Of a stretch of DNA of 64,000 nt, positions 1-12,130 are shown piece after piece. The stretch is from Octopus vulgaris. Its lineage: Eukaryota. The notes under the pieces were generated by a model that did no database searches, was not told the DNA's origin, and saw only the letters and a list, made by a program, of their open reading frames with translations. The stretch is from NCBI GenBank assembly GCA_951406725.2, contig OX597826.1, positions 69,626,001 through 69,690,000 of the forward strand, given 5' to 3'. Each line of letters begins with the position of its first letter. The stretch's first letter is position 1. Both the position numbers and the translations under genes were made by a program.

Positions 1-300
1 ACACCACTATCACCAAGACCACTACCGCCAACACCACTACCACCAAACACAGCACCACCTCCACCACTACCACCTCCACCACAACCACCTCTACCACTAC
101 CAACAACACCGCTACCACCAACACGACTACCACCTACACCACCACCACGTACACTGTTGCCACCTCCACCACTACCACCAACACCACTGTCACCAATACC
201 ACTACTACCCCTACACCACTACCACGGCCACCACTACCACCAACAGCAGTACCACCTCCACCAAACCACCTCCACCACTACCACTAACAATAATAATAGT
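1..300. repeat. Degenerate (CAC/TAC/AAC)n low-complexity tract
   Basis: Continuous accacc/actacc trinucleotide variants; the 157..384 ORF is a translation of this tract. Confidence 0.9.
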
Positions 301-474
301 AACCCTTCCTACTGTAAGCACAAGGCCTTACATTTAATAGGAGAGAACTTATCGATCCCAGTACATAACAGGTATCGACTCTGAAAGAATGAAACACAAA
401 GTCAATTTCGATGACGAATAATAAGGGAAGGAAAACTAGACGCAATTACAGGGACGGATGTGTGGTAAGAAGTT

Positions 475-1395
475 AAGGGAGGGACAATGGAGAACTTCAT
501 CAAGAAGTTTAAAAGGAAGGCCCGAAGGGAGGAGATCCTGTCCTACATGGAGGACCCGGACCGACCTTCTTCGCAGGTGGCTGCGGAGGTCATATGAGAA
601 ACGGATCTGTGCAGGATAATGAATCTCCTTCCCGGAGGACACTTTTGATTTTGTATTGACCAAGACGAGAGGTCAAGTCGGGTTGGAAGATTTATAATCA
701 ATTAAAGTAAGAGGTTTGGTGCCTCATTTGCATTATTGACTTTTTGACTTGTGTAAGAGGTTACTGCCTCACAATGGCTTTTCTTGTAAGAGATTTATTG
801 CCTCCTTTATGTTTTGTTATGTAAGAGGTTTGTTACCTCAATATCTCTCTCTATATAAAGCTGAAGTTGTCTGTGTGCGCCAGGTTTGGTAACCTTCAAC
901 TAACACTATCTCCTCCGAGACCCTGCGGCGCAAGTTGACCAAAATTGAGAGTATGATAGAAGAAGGGTTGCTCTTCCTTCCGTAGAAGATAAAATTCAAA
1001 TCGGACCATGTTAACACCAAAAATTATTTACATCAAAAAGGTGCTTTTTTCTATGAAAATTCCTAGCTTTTTACGATTTTTTCACTGCTGTGTCGCCACT
1101 TTTCGGTGTGTTTCAACCAAAAAAATGTTCACTTGAAGAGAATAACAAGCTACATAGTGCAAAATTTTTACTTTTCAAAAATTCCAATTCCAGCGGGTCG
1201 AAACAAACCCGAGCAACGCCGGGCGATACTGCTAGTGTATTTATAAAGAACAATGTGCTCGGGTAAACAGCAATTGGCGGGTGTTGCTGTTGCCCTCATT
1301 ATTATCATATCGTCAAACATTTCATCTCATTATGTCCTTGTCCAGCCAGCAGCTTCCTTTCTTTGTAAGGCCCTTGTGGCCAATTGAATGAATAA
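475..1395 (+). mobile_element. 5'-truncated retroelement 3' end (probable LINE) inserted into a SINE head, 8-bp TSD
   Basis: aagaagtt at 467-474 and 1396-1403 flanks the insert. The SINE head (gtgtggtaagaagtt) resumes as cgcttcg...ggttccgagttcagtcccactgcgtg. The insert ends gcccttgtggccaattgaatgaataaa. Confidence 0.55.
844..1235 (+). mobile_element. Non-autonomous Helitron
   Basis: Begins a|tctctctctatataaagctg. Ends with GC hairpin cccgagcaacgccggg followed by ...gCTAG|t, i.e. 5'-TC and 3' hairpin+CTRR termini with A|T insertion. Confidence 0.65.
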
Positions 1396-1760
1396 AAGAA
1401 GTTCGCTTCGTGATCACATGGTTCCGAGTTCAGTCCCACTGCGTGACACCTTTAACAATCGGCAAGTGTTTTACAATATAGCCTCGAACCCACCAAATCC
1501 TTCTGAGTAGATTTCGTAGACGTAACCTGAAAGACATCCATCGTACGAGGGGCTGCTAAAAAGTTCTTGGCTTTGGGTTAAAGAAAATACAGGATAATCA
1601 ATTAATTATGATTTTATCCAACGTATTCTCTTCGCAGATTTACGCACTTATAGCAACGGTCCTTCAGTTTTTTTATGCCCTGACAAAGATCTCAGAATTA
1701 GGGGCCTTTCGCGATACCCTTAGAGCCAGGAACTTTTCTGCACCTCCTCGTATATGTATG

Positions 1761-1803
<43 letters not shown>

Positions 1804-2050
1804 GTGTGTGTGTGTAGTTGTCCCCCAAAACTGCCTGACGACCGGTGTTGGTTTGTTTACGTCTCCGTAATAAGCGGTTCAGCAAAACAATAGGACCGAA
1901 AGTATAAGAAGTACCAGAATTTAAAAAAAGTGAAAAGAAATAAATATAGAAAAAAAAAAAAAAATTACTGGAGGTCGATTCGTTCAGCTAAAATTTTTTC
2001 AAGGCGGTGCCCCAGCATTGTCGCAGCCCCATGACAGAAACGAGTAAAAC
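1396..2050 (+). mobile_element. tRNA-derived SINE family A (CORE-like, internal microsatellite), interrupted by a MITE
   Basis: B-box-like gagttcagtcc, ggcaagtgt core, (GT)n middle, and tail segments taagcggttcagcaaaa and ggcggtgccccagcat. Confidence 0.75.
1545..1750. mobile_element. Mariner-derived MITE
   Basis: Imperfect TIRs ta|cgaggggctgctaaaaagttcttggct and agccaggaacttttctgcacctcctcg|ta; TA target duplication. Confidence 0.75.
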
Positions 2051-2668
2051 CACCACCACCACCACCACCACCATCGCAGCCACTGACAATAGCAATAACT
2101 ACAATAACTACAGCGCCAACAGCCACAGCTGTTACTACTACAACTTCTACTACTACTACTACTACTACTGTACCTTCTATTGCTACCACCATCTCCATCA
2201 CCACCACTACAACTACTGCTGCCTCCATCACTACTACTAATACAACTATTACTATCAACGCTACTAATACTACCACTACTAACACTACTATTACTATTAC
2301 TACCACTACCACCACCACTACTACGTTACCAACACTACTATTACATCTACCACTACTGCTGCTATTAACACCACCACCACCACTATTACTACCACCACCA
2401 CCACTAGTACCACTACTACTACCACCATCACCACTATTATTGCTACCACCACCACCACTACTATTACTACTACCACTGCTACCAATACTACTATTACTAC
2501 TACTACTACTACTACCAGCACCACCACTAACACCATTACTACTACTACTGCTATACCTTCTATTACTACCACCATCACCATCACCACTACCATCACTACT
2601 ACTAATACTACTACCACCACCACTACCACCACCATTACTATTACCACTACAAGAACAATAACAACCAC
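2049..2668. repeat. (CAC)/(TAC)n compound trinucleotide tract
   Basis: Direct inspection; overlapping poly-V/S/G ORFs are artefacts of the tract. Confidence 0.9.
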
Positions 2669-3432
2669 TCTGATCGTTCTCCTCTGCCCTCCCCCTTACG
2701 TCTATATTTGCAGCAAGGTCTTCAGTGACTAAAGTCAAACTAGATTACGTCAGTCATCAAATTCGTGGACAATAGATTTCCTATTTTGTTGTCCGACAGC
2801 GTCCTTTGAAAACCTTACGAAGATGAAAGGACCCAGCCCCAAACTTCAGACACGATTCTATGAAACGGCACACCTGAAATAAACACTACGCATTTCTCTC
2901 CTCTGCCCTTCCCTGTACCGTCTTCCTTCCCCTTCTTCGTTTACAAACTAAAACCGCATTCTTTAATGTATTGTCATACGTTAGTGCGTATCATAGACGC
3001 AGGATTGGTTTTAATTCAGTTGATAGCAAACCCAATTTAGCTCAGTGGGTTGAAATTTCTTTAATAATCCTGTTATTGGGGTATCACTTAACATACATAC
3101 AGTTTCTCTTTTTTTTAGTTTTCGGTGAATATTTAACATGGTATAATTACAGGAGAGATTTTGTTTCAATAATCATCGCGTGTTGCCTAAAAACTCGTGG
3201 CATATCATTGTAGCCACACCTCATATCTTCGCCATCGTGAATTTAATAAGCGGCAAAAACATTAATTTGAGACGAAAAACAGAAATACGATTAAGAGGAG
3301 ACAAACCTCATATCTACCGCGTCCATGTTATCTATTTTGGGGAATCTTAAATTTCTTTCAACTACTTTAAATCTTTCAAATTTTCACCGTATTACAAAAC
3401 ATGTCGTTCTGATGTGGCTAGACTATATTACC

Positions 3433-4222
3433 TAGTTCTTTATTGACCACAAGGAGCTAAACACAAAGAGGACAAACAAGGACAGACAAACGGATTAAGT
3501 CGATTATATCGACCCCAGTGCGTAACTGGTCCTTAATTTATCAACCCCCGAAAAGAAGAAAGGCAAAGTCGGCCTCGGCGGAATTTGAACTCAGAATGTA
3601 GCAGCAGACTATATTACCTATTTCTTTATTACCCACAAGGAGCTAAACACAGAGAGGACAAACAAGGACAGACAAACGGATTAAGTCGATTATATCGACC
3701 CCAGTGCGTAACTGGTACTTATTTAATCGACCCCGAAAGGATGAAAGGCAAAGTCGACCTCGGCGGAATTTGAACTCAGAATGTAGCAGCAGACTATATT
3801 ACCTATTTCTTTATTACCCACAAGGAGCTAAACACAGAGAGGACAAACAAGGACAGACAAACGGATTAAGTCGATTATATCGACCCCAGTGCGTAACTGG
3901 TACTTATTTAATCGACCCCGAAAGGATGAAAGGCAAAGTCGACCTCGGCGGAATTTGAACTCAGAACGTAGCGGCAGACGAAATACCTATTTCTTTACTA
4001 CCCACAAGGGGCTAAACACAGAGAGGAAAAACAAGGACAGACAAACGGATTAAGTCGATTACATCGACCACAGTGCGTAACTGGTCCTTAATTTATCCAC
4101 CCCGAAAGGATGAAAGGCAAAGTCGACCTCGGCGGAATTTGAACTCAGAACGTAGCGGCAGACGAAATACCGCTGAGCATTTCGCCCGGCGTGCTAATGT
4201 TTCTGCCAGCTCACCGCCTTAT
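3433..4222 (-). mobile_element. tRNA-derived SINE family B, tandem array of 4 units (~185 bp)
   Basis: The unit cccacaagg...gacaaacaaggacagacaaacggattaagtcg...cccgaaaggatgaaaggcaaagtcgacctcggcggaatttgaactcagaa is repeated 4 times. A single tRNA-like head (minus-strand ggcggtgagctggcagaaacattagc) lies at 4170-4220. The central gcctttcatcctttcggggtcgat resembles conserved SINE central domains (Meta-like, from memory). Confidence 0.85.
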
Positions 4223-4509
4223 TACCTCTGCACGTTGATGGTTGGACTTCTAGAAGTGAGATTCGAACTCAAAACTTGAAGAGCCGGAAGAGATGCTACA
4301 ATGTATTTCTCCAATTCTGTTCAAATACCTGGACTTTATCTACCAACCACGAAAGAACGACAAGCAAATTTGGCTTTGGTTAGATTTGAACTCAGACCTC
4401 ATAGTATGGTACAAATACCGCAAGGCATTTATCCTACAACCTAGCGATGTTTGTCAGTTCACTATCCAAAGCTACTTCATTAGGCATTAAATACGATAAT
4501 CTTTAATAC

Positions 4510-4700
4510 CTATTTCTTTACTACCCACAAGGGGCTAAACGTAGAGAGGACAAACAAGGACAGACAAACGGATTATGTCGATTATATCAACCCCGAAAGG
4601 ATGAAAGGCAAAGTGGAACTCGGCGGAATTTGAACTCAGAACGTAGCGGCAGACGAAATACTGCTGAGCATTTCGTCCGGCGTCCTAACGATTCTGCCAG
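4510..4700 (-). mobile_element. SINE family B, internally deleted copy
   Basis: Same tail and head motifs as 3433-4222. Confidence 0.8.
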
Positions 4701-4711
4701 CAATCTTAATA

Positions 4712-4878
4712 CCAGTGCTCCGCAACCTTTCTCCCCTTGCGGTAGACTTACATTCTTTTCAAAATTCGGCGGCACACCTGAGCTACAAAATATTACTAAA
4801 TGTATTGGGAAAAAAATTATGTTCAGGTTACACTGCGCCACACCTACCATAGTCCCACGGCACACCAGTTAAGGGATC
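4712..4878. mobile_element. Degenerate hAT-type MITE
   Basis: cagtgctccgcaacc start and cggcacaccagttaagg end resemble Charlie-type termini. Confidence 0.35.
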
Positions 4879-5065
4879 TTTTCTTGTGAATACTTACTTG
4901 TTGCAGAGCACAGTTATATGGTAAAAGAGAAGTCCTCTTCGTGTTGTCGTCTCTTCCCACACGATCAGTTTGTGACCTCTTGACCCAGAATAAACTTCTG
5001 ATAAAATTTATATACACATACATACAGATGTGTTGCAGCAATTGCACTCATTTCTACTGCATATT

Positions 5066-5480
5066 TTTATTCTTTTAATTGTTTCAGTCGTTTGACTGCG
5101 GCCATGCTGGAGCACCGCCTTTAGTCGAGAAAATCGACCCCGGACTTATTCTTTGTAAGCCTAGTACTTATTCAATCGTTCTCTTTTGCCGAACCGCTAA
5201 GTTATAGGGACGTAAATTACGGGTACGTTACGGGGACGTAAACACACCAGCATCGGTTGTCAAACGATGTTGGGGAAACAAACACAGATACACAAACATA
5301 TACATATATATATACGACATGCCTCTTTCAGTTTCCATCTACCAAATCCACTTACAAGTCTTTGGTTGGCCCGAGGCTATGGTAGAAGACACTTGCCCAA
5401 GTTGCCACGCAGTGGGTCTGAACTCGGAACAATGTGGCTGGTAAGCAAGCTACTAACCACACAGCCACTCCTTCACCTAT
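5066..5480 (-). mobile_element. SINE family A, near full length
   Basis: Tail tttcagtcgtttgactgcggccatgctggagcaccgcc, core agaagacacttgcccaag, head accacacagccactcc. Confidence 0.85.
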
Positions 5481-5491
5481 AAAAAATTATC

Positions 5492-5606
5492 TGTCAGAAG
5501 TGGAATTCAAACCCACGCCCAACTTCGTCGAGCAGAACATTCGACGTTCTGGTTAAGATAACATGAACCTTGAGTCTGGCGCCTTAGACCGCTTGGCCAT
5601 CGTAAC
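5492..5606 (-). tRNA. Intron-containing tRNA-Leu(CAA), probably a pseudogene
   Basis: Minus strand reads GTTACGATGGCCAAGCGGTCTAAGGCGCCAGACTCAAG-[~31 nt intron]-TTCTGCTCGACGAAGTTGGGCGTGGGTTTGAATTCCACTTCTGACA then gataaTTTTTT. This matches the metazoan Leu-CAA layout, but has C.C mismatches in the acceptor and anticodon stems and TTT instead of TTC in the T-loop. Confidence 0.8.
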
Positions 5607-5758
5607 AGATGCATGTAGTAAATATTTTTCACAGATTAACGGTGGGATAAAATGCAAATTTCCTGCAACCTCTTGCAAGAAGTAAATCAGTTTATTAAAT
5701 GATTCCCCACAAAGCGTGGAAAGCGAGTTTGCTAATTTATTTTTGCTATTATTTTTAT

Positions 5759-6140
5759 GGAAGCACTCCGTCGGTTACGACGACGAGGGTTCCGGTTGAT
5801 CCGATCAACGGAACAGCCTGCTCGTGAAATTAACGTGTAAGTGGCTGAGCACTCCACAGACACGTGTACCCTTAACGTAGTTCTCGGGGATATTCAGCGT
5901 GACACAGAGAGTGACAAGGCCGGCCCTTTGAAATACAGGTACAACAGAAACAGGAAGTAAGAGTGAGAGAAAGTTGTGGTGAAAGAGTACAGCAGGGATC
6001 ACCACCATCCCTGCCGGAGCCTCGTGGAGCTTTAGGTGTTTTCGCTCAATAAATACTCACAACGCCCGGTCTGGGAATCGAAACCGCGATCCTATGACCG
6101 CGAGTCCGCTGCCCTAACCACTGGGCCATTGCGCCTCCAC
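5759..6140 (-). mobile_element. tRNA(Arg)-derived SINE family C (OR-like), full length
   Basis: Minus-strand head gtggaggcgcaatggcccagtggttagggcagcggacTCGcggtc...ggtttcgattcc with A and B boxes; tail ggaaccctcgtcgtcgtaaccgacggagtgcttcc. Confidence 0.85.
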
Positions 6141-6396
6141 GTGCTATCATTATAACTGTACAATTTTAGGTAGTATGGCCGAATGGTTAAGGAAGTTCGC
6201 TTCGCATCCACCAGCTCCAGATTTCGATCGCAATGCGTGGCGTTTTAAGAGTATGTCATTTCCTAAAAACCCGGGTCAACTCAGTCCTGGTGAGTGAGAC
6301 ACGATACATAGAAAATATTTGAAAGGCAGGGGTATGTGTGTGTGCGTGTGTGTATGCGTGTGTGTGTAACTATGCCTATCCTGTGTATTTATATGC

Positions 6397-6620
6397 AGTG
6401 ATACCTCACCATATCGCGGTTCACCTATCGCGGTTTATTATTTAAGCTTACGTCGATTTCTCTGTGATGTTGTTTTGCATTTATAATAAAATAAATATAT
6501 ACAAATTATAAAAATAATTTTTTTAAAATATACAGTACATTACTGTTTCTATTTCGCGGATTTTCACCTGTCGCGGAAAGGTATTGGAATGTAACACTCG
6601 CGATAGTCAATGGATTACTA
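6397..6620. mobile_element. pogo/Tigger-like MITE
   Basis: cagtgatacctc...atcgcg at the left and cgcgatagtcaatggattacta at the right form imperfect TIRs; repeated tcgcgg motifs; AT-rich interior. Confidence 0.55.
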
Positions 6621-7019
6621 TACATGCGCGCGCATACATACATATGCATACATTTACATATATAGTCAAGTCAAATAAACGAACATTACAAATAGCAATA
6701 ACAAACAAGGGGTGCGTGAACATGGAATGTATTAGTTTCACGCTTGGTAAGAGGAGAAGGTGTTTGACGTTTCGAACACAGCTCTTCGTTGGAAAGGAAT
6801 GAAGGGTAGATCCAAAGAAGAAAAAAATTCACCAACAGCACGTGTATAGTTACTGCGTAATAATGAGGAATAAAGAAACTTTAGGTTACTTAGAATGTAG
6901 TGGTGCTATCAACTTCTAAAAACAAATCCAGTGCAGTTACTGTCGAGATAGAAATTCTCACTCGTAAAAGGTGTAAAAACACCATATCTGCTCAGCGCCT
7001 CTCCCTATAAGCAGACACA

Positions 7020-7078
<59 letters not shown>

Positions 7079-7140
7079 GCACGCACGCACACACACACAC
7101 ACACATTTCTTAATATCAATTTAATGCATAGAAGTACGTT

Positions 7141-8388
7141 CAGGGATTGAACAAAATAATGGAATCACCTTAAAGTTTCAAACAAATTTATTTTAATATG
7201 GAATAGGACCACCTTTGGCAGTAATCATAGCTTGAATTCAACGAGGTATGGATTCGTACAAAGTCTGGATTGTTTTCAAAGAAATTTTTGTCCATTCTTC
7301 AGCTAATACAGTCTCCAGTTCTTGTAGTGTTGATGGTGAGGGATATCGACTCCTTACTTCTTTTTCTAAAATGCACCATAAATGTTCAATAATATTGAGA
7401 TCTGGGGGCTGTGAGTGCCAGATGTTCAACTTCATTAGAATGTTCCTCGTACCAGTCGGTAACAACTTTAGCCGTGTGAATTGGTGCATTATCATCCTGA
7501 AAGATTGCGTTTCCCTCCGGAAACAGTTCCGCAACCATAGGATGAATTTGATCAGATAAAATGCTTAAATAGTCTTGAATATTTATTCTGCCATGAAGGA
7601 AAACCATTGGACCGGCGGATTTCCAAGATATAGCACTCCAGATCATCACAAATCATCCTCCATGTTTAACAGTCGGAAGAAGGCAATCTGGGTCAAATAC
7701 TTCTTTTGGCTGTCTCCACACTTATCTTCGGCCAGTGGTCGGAAATAAGGTAAATGAATACTCGTCCGAGAAAATAACATTCTTCCACGACTCTAGGGAT
7801 TAATTCTGTGGGTTTTTACTCCACTCTAAATGCTTTGCAAAGTCTGTTTTTGAAAGTAGTAGATTTCTGATTGCAACCCTCTCGCGAAATCCGGCTTTGC
7901 GCAGCTCCCGGTGAACAGTTTTTTTGTTTTTTTTGTGGAAACTGGTAATTTTTGGAACTGTACTTTTGTGATCCTTTCTAACAATTCACGTAAGAGTTCG
8001 ACGGTCTCTATCAAAAAGTTTTGGTTTTCTTCCAGAGTTTTCTTTCGACGAGAAGGTTTTTCTCTCTTTCTCAAAGGCTGTCATTACTTTCAAGAGTACT
8101 TCTTGATACACCGAACATTTCGGCTGTTTTCGTTACGCTAGTGCCTGCCATACGAACACCAACAATTTGACCTCTTTGAATATCCGATAGATCTGTCATT
8201 TTAATGAATTTTAATTACCTTTTACTTATGATATCCGAAAAGAAACAGCAATTTTAGCAAATCATTTTAAGCAACACTATTAATAAATCAAAAAGCATAA
8301 AAATAAACAAGCTTTTGACGGTTTTATAGATATTTCACAATTATGATGCTATGATGCTAGGTGTTTCAATTATTTAGTCCAACCCTTG
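7141..8388 (-). mobile_element. Tc1-family DNA transposon, decayed and near full length
   Basis: TIRs cagggattgaacaaaataatggaatcacct / aggtgtttcaattatttagtccaacccttg|ta. Frameshifted transposase with MIWSAISW...FQDDNAPIH...QPPDLNIIEHLW motifs (DD34E type). Confidence 0.92.
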
Positions 8389-8562
8389 TATATATGTCCC
8401 TGTAACTTAGCAGTTCAATAAAACTGTCCGATATTATGAATAAATAACAGACATTAAAAAAATGAACCGGGGGTCGATTTATTATTTTTTTTTTTTTTGA
8501 CTAAATCATTCAAGGTCGTACCGTGGTCTAATGACGCAAACAACAAAATATAGAAGGTGGCA

Positions 8563-8770
8563 TCCTTTCTATTAAACCCAAAAGGCCTGCACTTTTAGAG
8601 GAGGGAGAAGTTGATTATCTCGACCCCAGTATTCAATTGGTACTTGTGTTACCGACCACCCGAGGATAAAAGGCAAAGTCGATCTCAGCGGAGTTTGAAC
8701 TCAGAACGTAAATATGAACTAAATACCGATGGATATTTCTTTCCGACGCGCTAACGATGCTCACCGCTTT
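8563..8770 (-). mobile_element. Diverged SINE family B copy
   Basis: aaggcaaagtcgatctcagcggagtttgaactcagaacg and cgctaacgat...caccgc motifs. Confidence 0.7.
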
Positions 8771-8967
8771 AAGACAGAAGAAAATTTCCAACAACACAGA
8801 ATGAACGCACGATTATTGATATATATATATATATATTATGCAGAACTTTCAACAAAAAGAACAATAATTCGTTTCTCTGTGAGTCTTTGAGCACCGAAAT
8901 CAGATTAGGAAATGTATGTTTGTTAAAACAACGAAACAATAAAGCAATAAATATATGAATACATATG

Positions 8968-9015
<48 letters not shown>

Positions 9016-9259
9016 CATACATGTATACATACACGCACACACATACATATATATATATTTATTTATTTATTTATTTATTTATTTATAGCGATAATAAGTG
9101 ATGATGCTAACGAGTGCAGCAAGATAACGAGTGCAAAACAATTAGCATTCATATAATTTTCAGGGATTACCCTTCCTTCTATAACAGATCAAAGCAGTCT
9201 GACTAGATTATTACCATATACTTACATATATACACCATTTCCTACACACACACACACAC

Positions 9260-9422
9260 ATATATATATATGTATGTGTATATATATATATATATATATA
9301 TGTGTATGTGTATATATATACACACTTATGTAGATAAAAAGATATGCATAAATACATTCATATCTATACATATATATATATATATGTATATATATATGTA
9401 CATATATGACTGTTTGTGTGTA

Positions 9423-9453
<31 letters not shown>

Positions 9454-9902
9454 GCATATATTTATCTATGTAAGTATGCATTTATGTTCATATAGATGTA
9501 TATACGTGTGTATGTATATGAGTATGTATGTATGTATACATACGCACATACATATATATATATATATTTATGTATGTATGTGTGTATGTATGTATGTATG
9601 AGTGTATTTATATGTATGTATGTATGTATGCATGTATGTATGTATGTATGTATGTATGTATGCATGTATGTGTGTATGTATGTATGTGTCTATGTATGTA
9701 TCTATGTATGTATGTATGTATGTGTGTATGTATGTATGTATCTATGTATGTATGTATGCTTTTATGTATGCATGTATGTATGTATGTATGTATGTATGTG
9801 TGTATGTATGTATGTGTGTATGTATGTATGTATCTGTGTATGTATGTATGTATGTATGCTTTTATGTATGTATGTATGTATGTATATATGTATGTATGTA
9901 TG

Positions 9903-9935
<33 letters not shown>

Positions 9936-9995
9936 GTGTATGTATGTGTGTATGTATGTATGTATACATGTATGTATGTATGTATGTATGCATTT
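9260..9995. repeat. (TA)n/(TATG)n microsatellite field
   Basis: Direct inspection; source of the MYVC/HTYI ORFs. Confidence 0.95.
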
Positions 9996-10568
9996 GCATG
10001 TGAGCAGAACGCTTTATAAGTTAACGGGATGGGCAAGCCCTCCCCCCACTCCCACCTCCCACTTCATTCAAAAGATAATTTTCTGCTAACTCAGTAAAGT
10101 CATATTTTTTTAAGATTTGCTTTCCCCCCCCCCCCCACTCCCTCTGCACACACACACACACACACGCACGCACGCACACGCACGCATACAATGCTATACG
10201 TATAAATATATGTACGTCTGTGTGAATGCGAACATACACATGTTTCAGTTTACTTTTGTAATATGTGTATGTGTATGTGTGTATATGTGTATATGTATGT
10301 ATGTGTGTATGTGACTGTGGTTGCGTGCATGTGTATATCGGAACTCATCCACACTCACACAAACGCAAATGGTGTTGATGTTGTTGTTCTTGTTCGTGTT
10401 GGTGGTGTTGTTGTTGTTGTTGTTGTTGTCGGTGCTGTTGTTATTTCGCTGTATGGAAATATAATTGTGGTAAATACGCCCATGTGTTAGCAACATGCAG
10501 TGGTGTCTATATGTTTGCCCATAAGACATACATGTGTACCCATGTACTCACTTTACACATGTTTATAC

Positions 10569-10603
<35 letters not shown>

Positions 10604-10604
<1 letters not shown>

Positions 10605-10762
10605 GCGTCGTTATGTAGTAAGAAGATTACTTCTCAGCTATATGGTTCCGGGTTCAATCCCACTGCGTGACACCTTGGGCAAGTGACTTCTACTATAGCC
10701 CCGTGCCGACCAAAGCCTTCTGAGTGGATTTGGTAAATAGAAACTGAAGGAAAACTGCCGTA
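10604..10762 (+). mobile_element. SINE family A head and core, followed by (GATA)n/(GACA)n to ~11040
   Basis: ggttccgggttcaatcccactgcgtgacaccttgggcaagtgacttctactatagcc. Confidence 0.8.
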
Positions 10763-10783
10763 TGCATATATATATATATATAT

Positions 10784-10816
<33 letters not shown>

Positions 10817-10825
10817 AAGAGGGAG

Positions 10826-10896
<71 letters not shown>

Positions 10897-10899
10897 TAT

Positions 10900-10934
<35 letters not shown>

Positions 10935-10954
10935 TACAGATAGATAGATAGATT

Positions 10955-11038
<84 letters not shown>

Positions 11039-11104
11039 GAAATATATACACACAAATATATACACACGCCGATATATAGATACAAATATATATACACACA
11101 CGGG

Positions 11105-11725
11105 TGGGGTTTTCCTTAAAGATTTCCCCTGACAAACGAAACTTAGCATAATAATTAGTCCTTCCCTACAAAGCTACCACCAATGGTGACACACTTCTCC
11201 CATCGCTTTATGCAGCTGTGAAAACCCCGTCTGTAGAAGTCGGCAGGTTGTGTCTGGAGCCAAGACTTCACCTCGGAAGTAAGTTCGTCATCGTCCGAAA
11301 AGTGCTTCCCCTTCGAAAAAGAATTCACGGTTGGAAAGAGGTGGAAGTCAAATAGTGCAAGTTCGGGGTAACGGGGATGAATAAGGATTTCATAGCGGCA
11401 ACATAGCTGGACAACACGCGCATCGTGAACTTGGCCGTCGTCTTATTGGAGGTTGACTCGTTTGATCAGCATGACACGCCTCTCTCCTTCGATGGCGTCC
11501 TGCAATTTGTGCAGCACAGTAGCATGATATGCCCCGTTAATTGTGGTGTCCTTCACCAGAAAATTAATCATCACTACACGGCGATGGTCCCAAAAGACTG
11601 CAGACATCATCTTGCCTGCTGAGGGTTGGAGACGAGACTTCTTTGGAGGTGGTGAGTTATCATGCTTCCATTGCTTCGACTGGACTTTACCCTCAGAATC
11701 ATAGTGATGGATCCATATTTCATTC
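11105..11725 (-). mobile_element. Mariner transposase fragment (catalytic domain, degenerate)
   Basis: [19 protein letters not shown]...[20 protein letters not shown]; downstream YPELALFDFHLFP (YSPDLAPSDFHLF-like). Confidence 0.88.
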
Positions 11726-11758
<33 letters not shown>

Positions 11759-11775
11759 TATATACATATATATTG

Positions 11776-11818
<43 letters not shown>

Positions 11819-12130
11819 TATATCCTTCGCGGGAAGGAAAGTTTCTATCGAAGATGCGTATCGCCTTCACGTTCGAAACGCAGAGTAGATGAAACCATGG
11901 CGACTGAAGAAGGGGAATTTTCCTTGTATTATTTGTCCTGTACTCTATTATTTAGTTGTTTAAGAAAAATGTCCAGTTCCTTGGTTTTGTGTTTATGTTT
12001 TCGTTTCTCATTGTGTTCGACGTTTTTTTGGTGTCCTGTACCCATATATGCATGTATATATACATGTAGAGCTAGGTATGTACATATATGTTTATATATA
12101 TGCATATGTTTTATTTATTAATTTACATAT

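Noticed and set aside
1965-2738. 257-aa Gly/Ser/Val-rich membrane-like ORF
   Set aside because: Translation of a trinucleotide tract; no domain or splice context.
9496-10089. MYVC/HTYI/YI-repeat ORFs here and throughout the window
   Set aside because: These are translations of (TATG)n, (TA)n and (CA)n microsatellites.
11840-11915. Hammerhead-like pieces (ctatcgaaga...cgaaacg; ctgaagaagggg)
   Set aside because: The core is degenerate and I could not close the stems convincingly.
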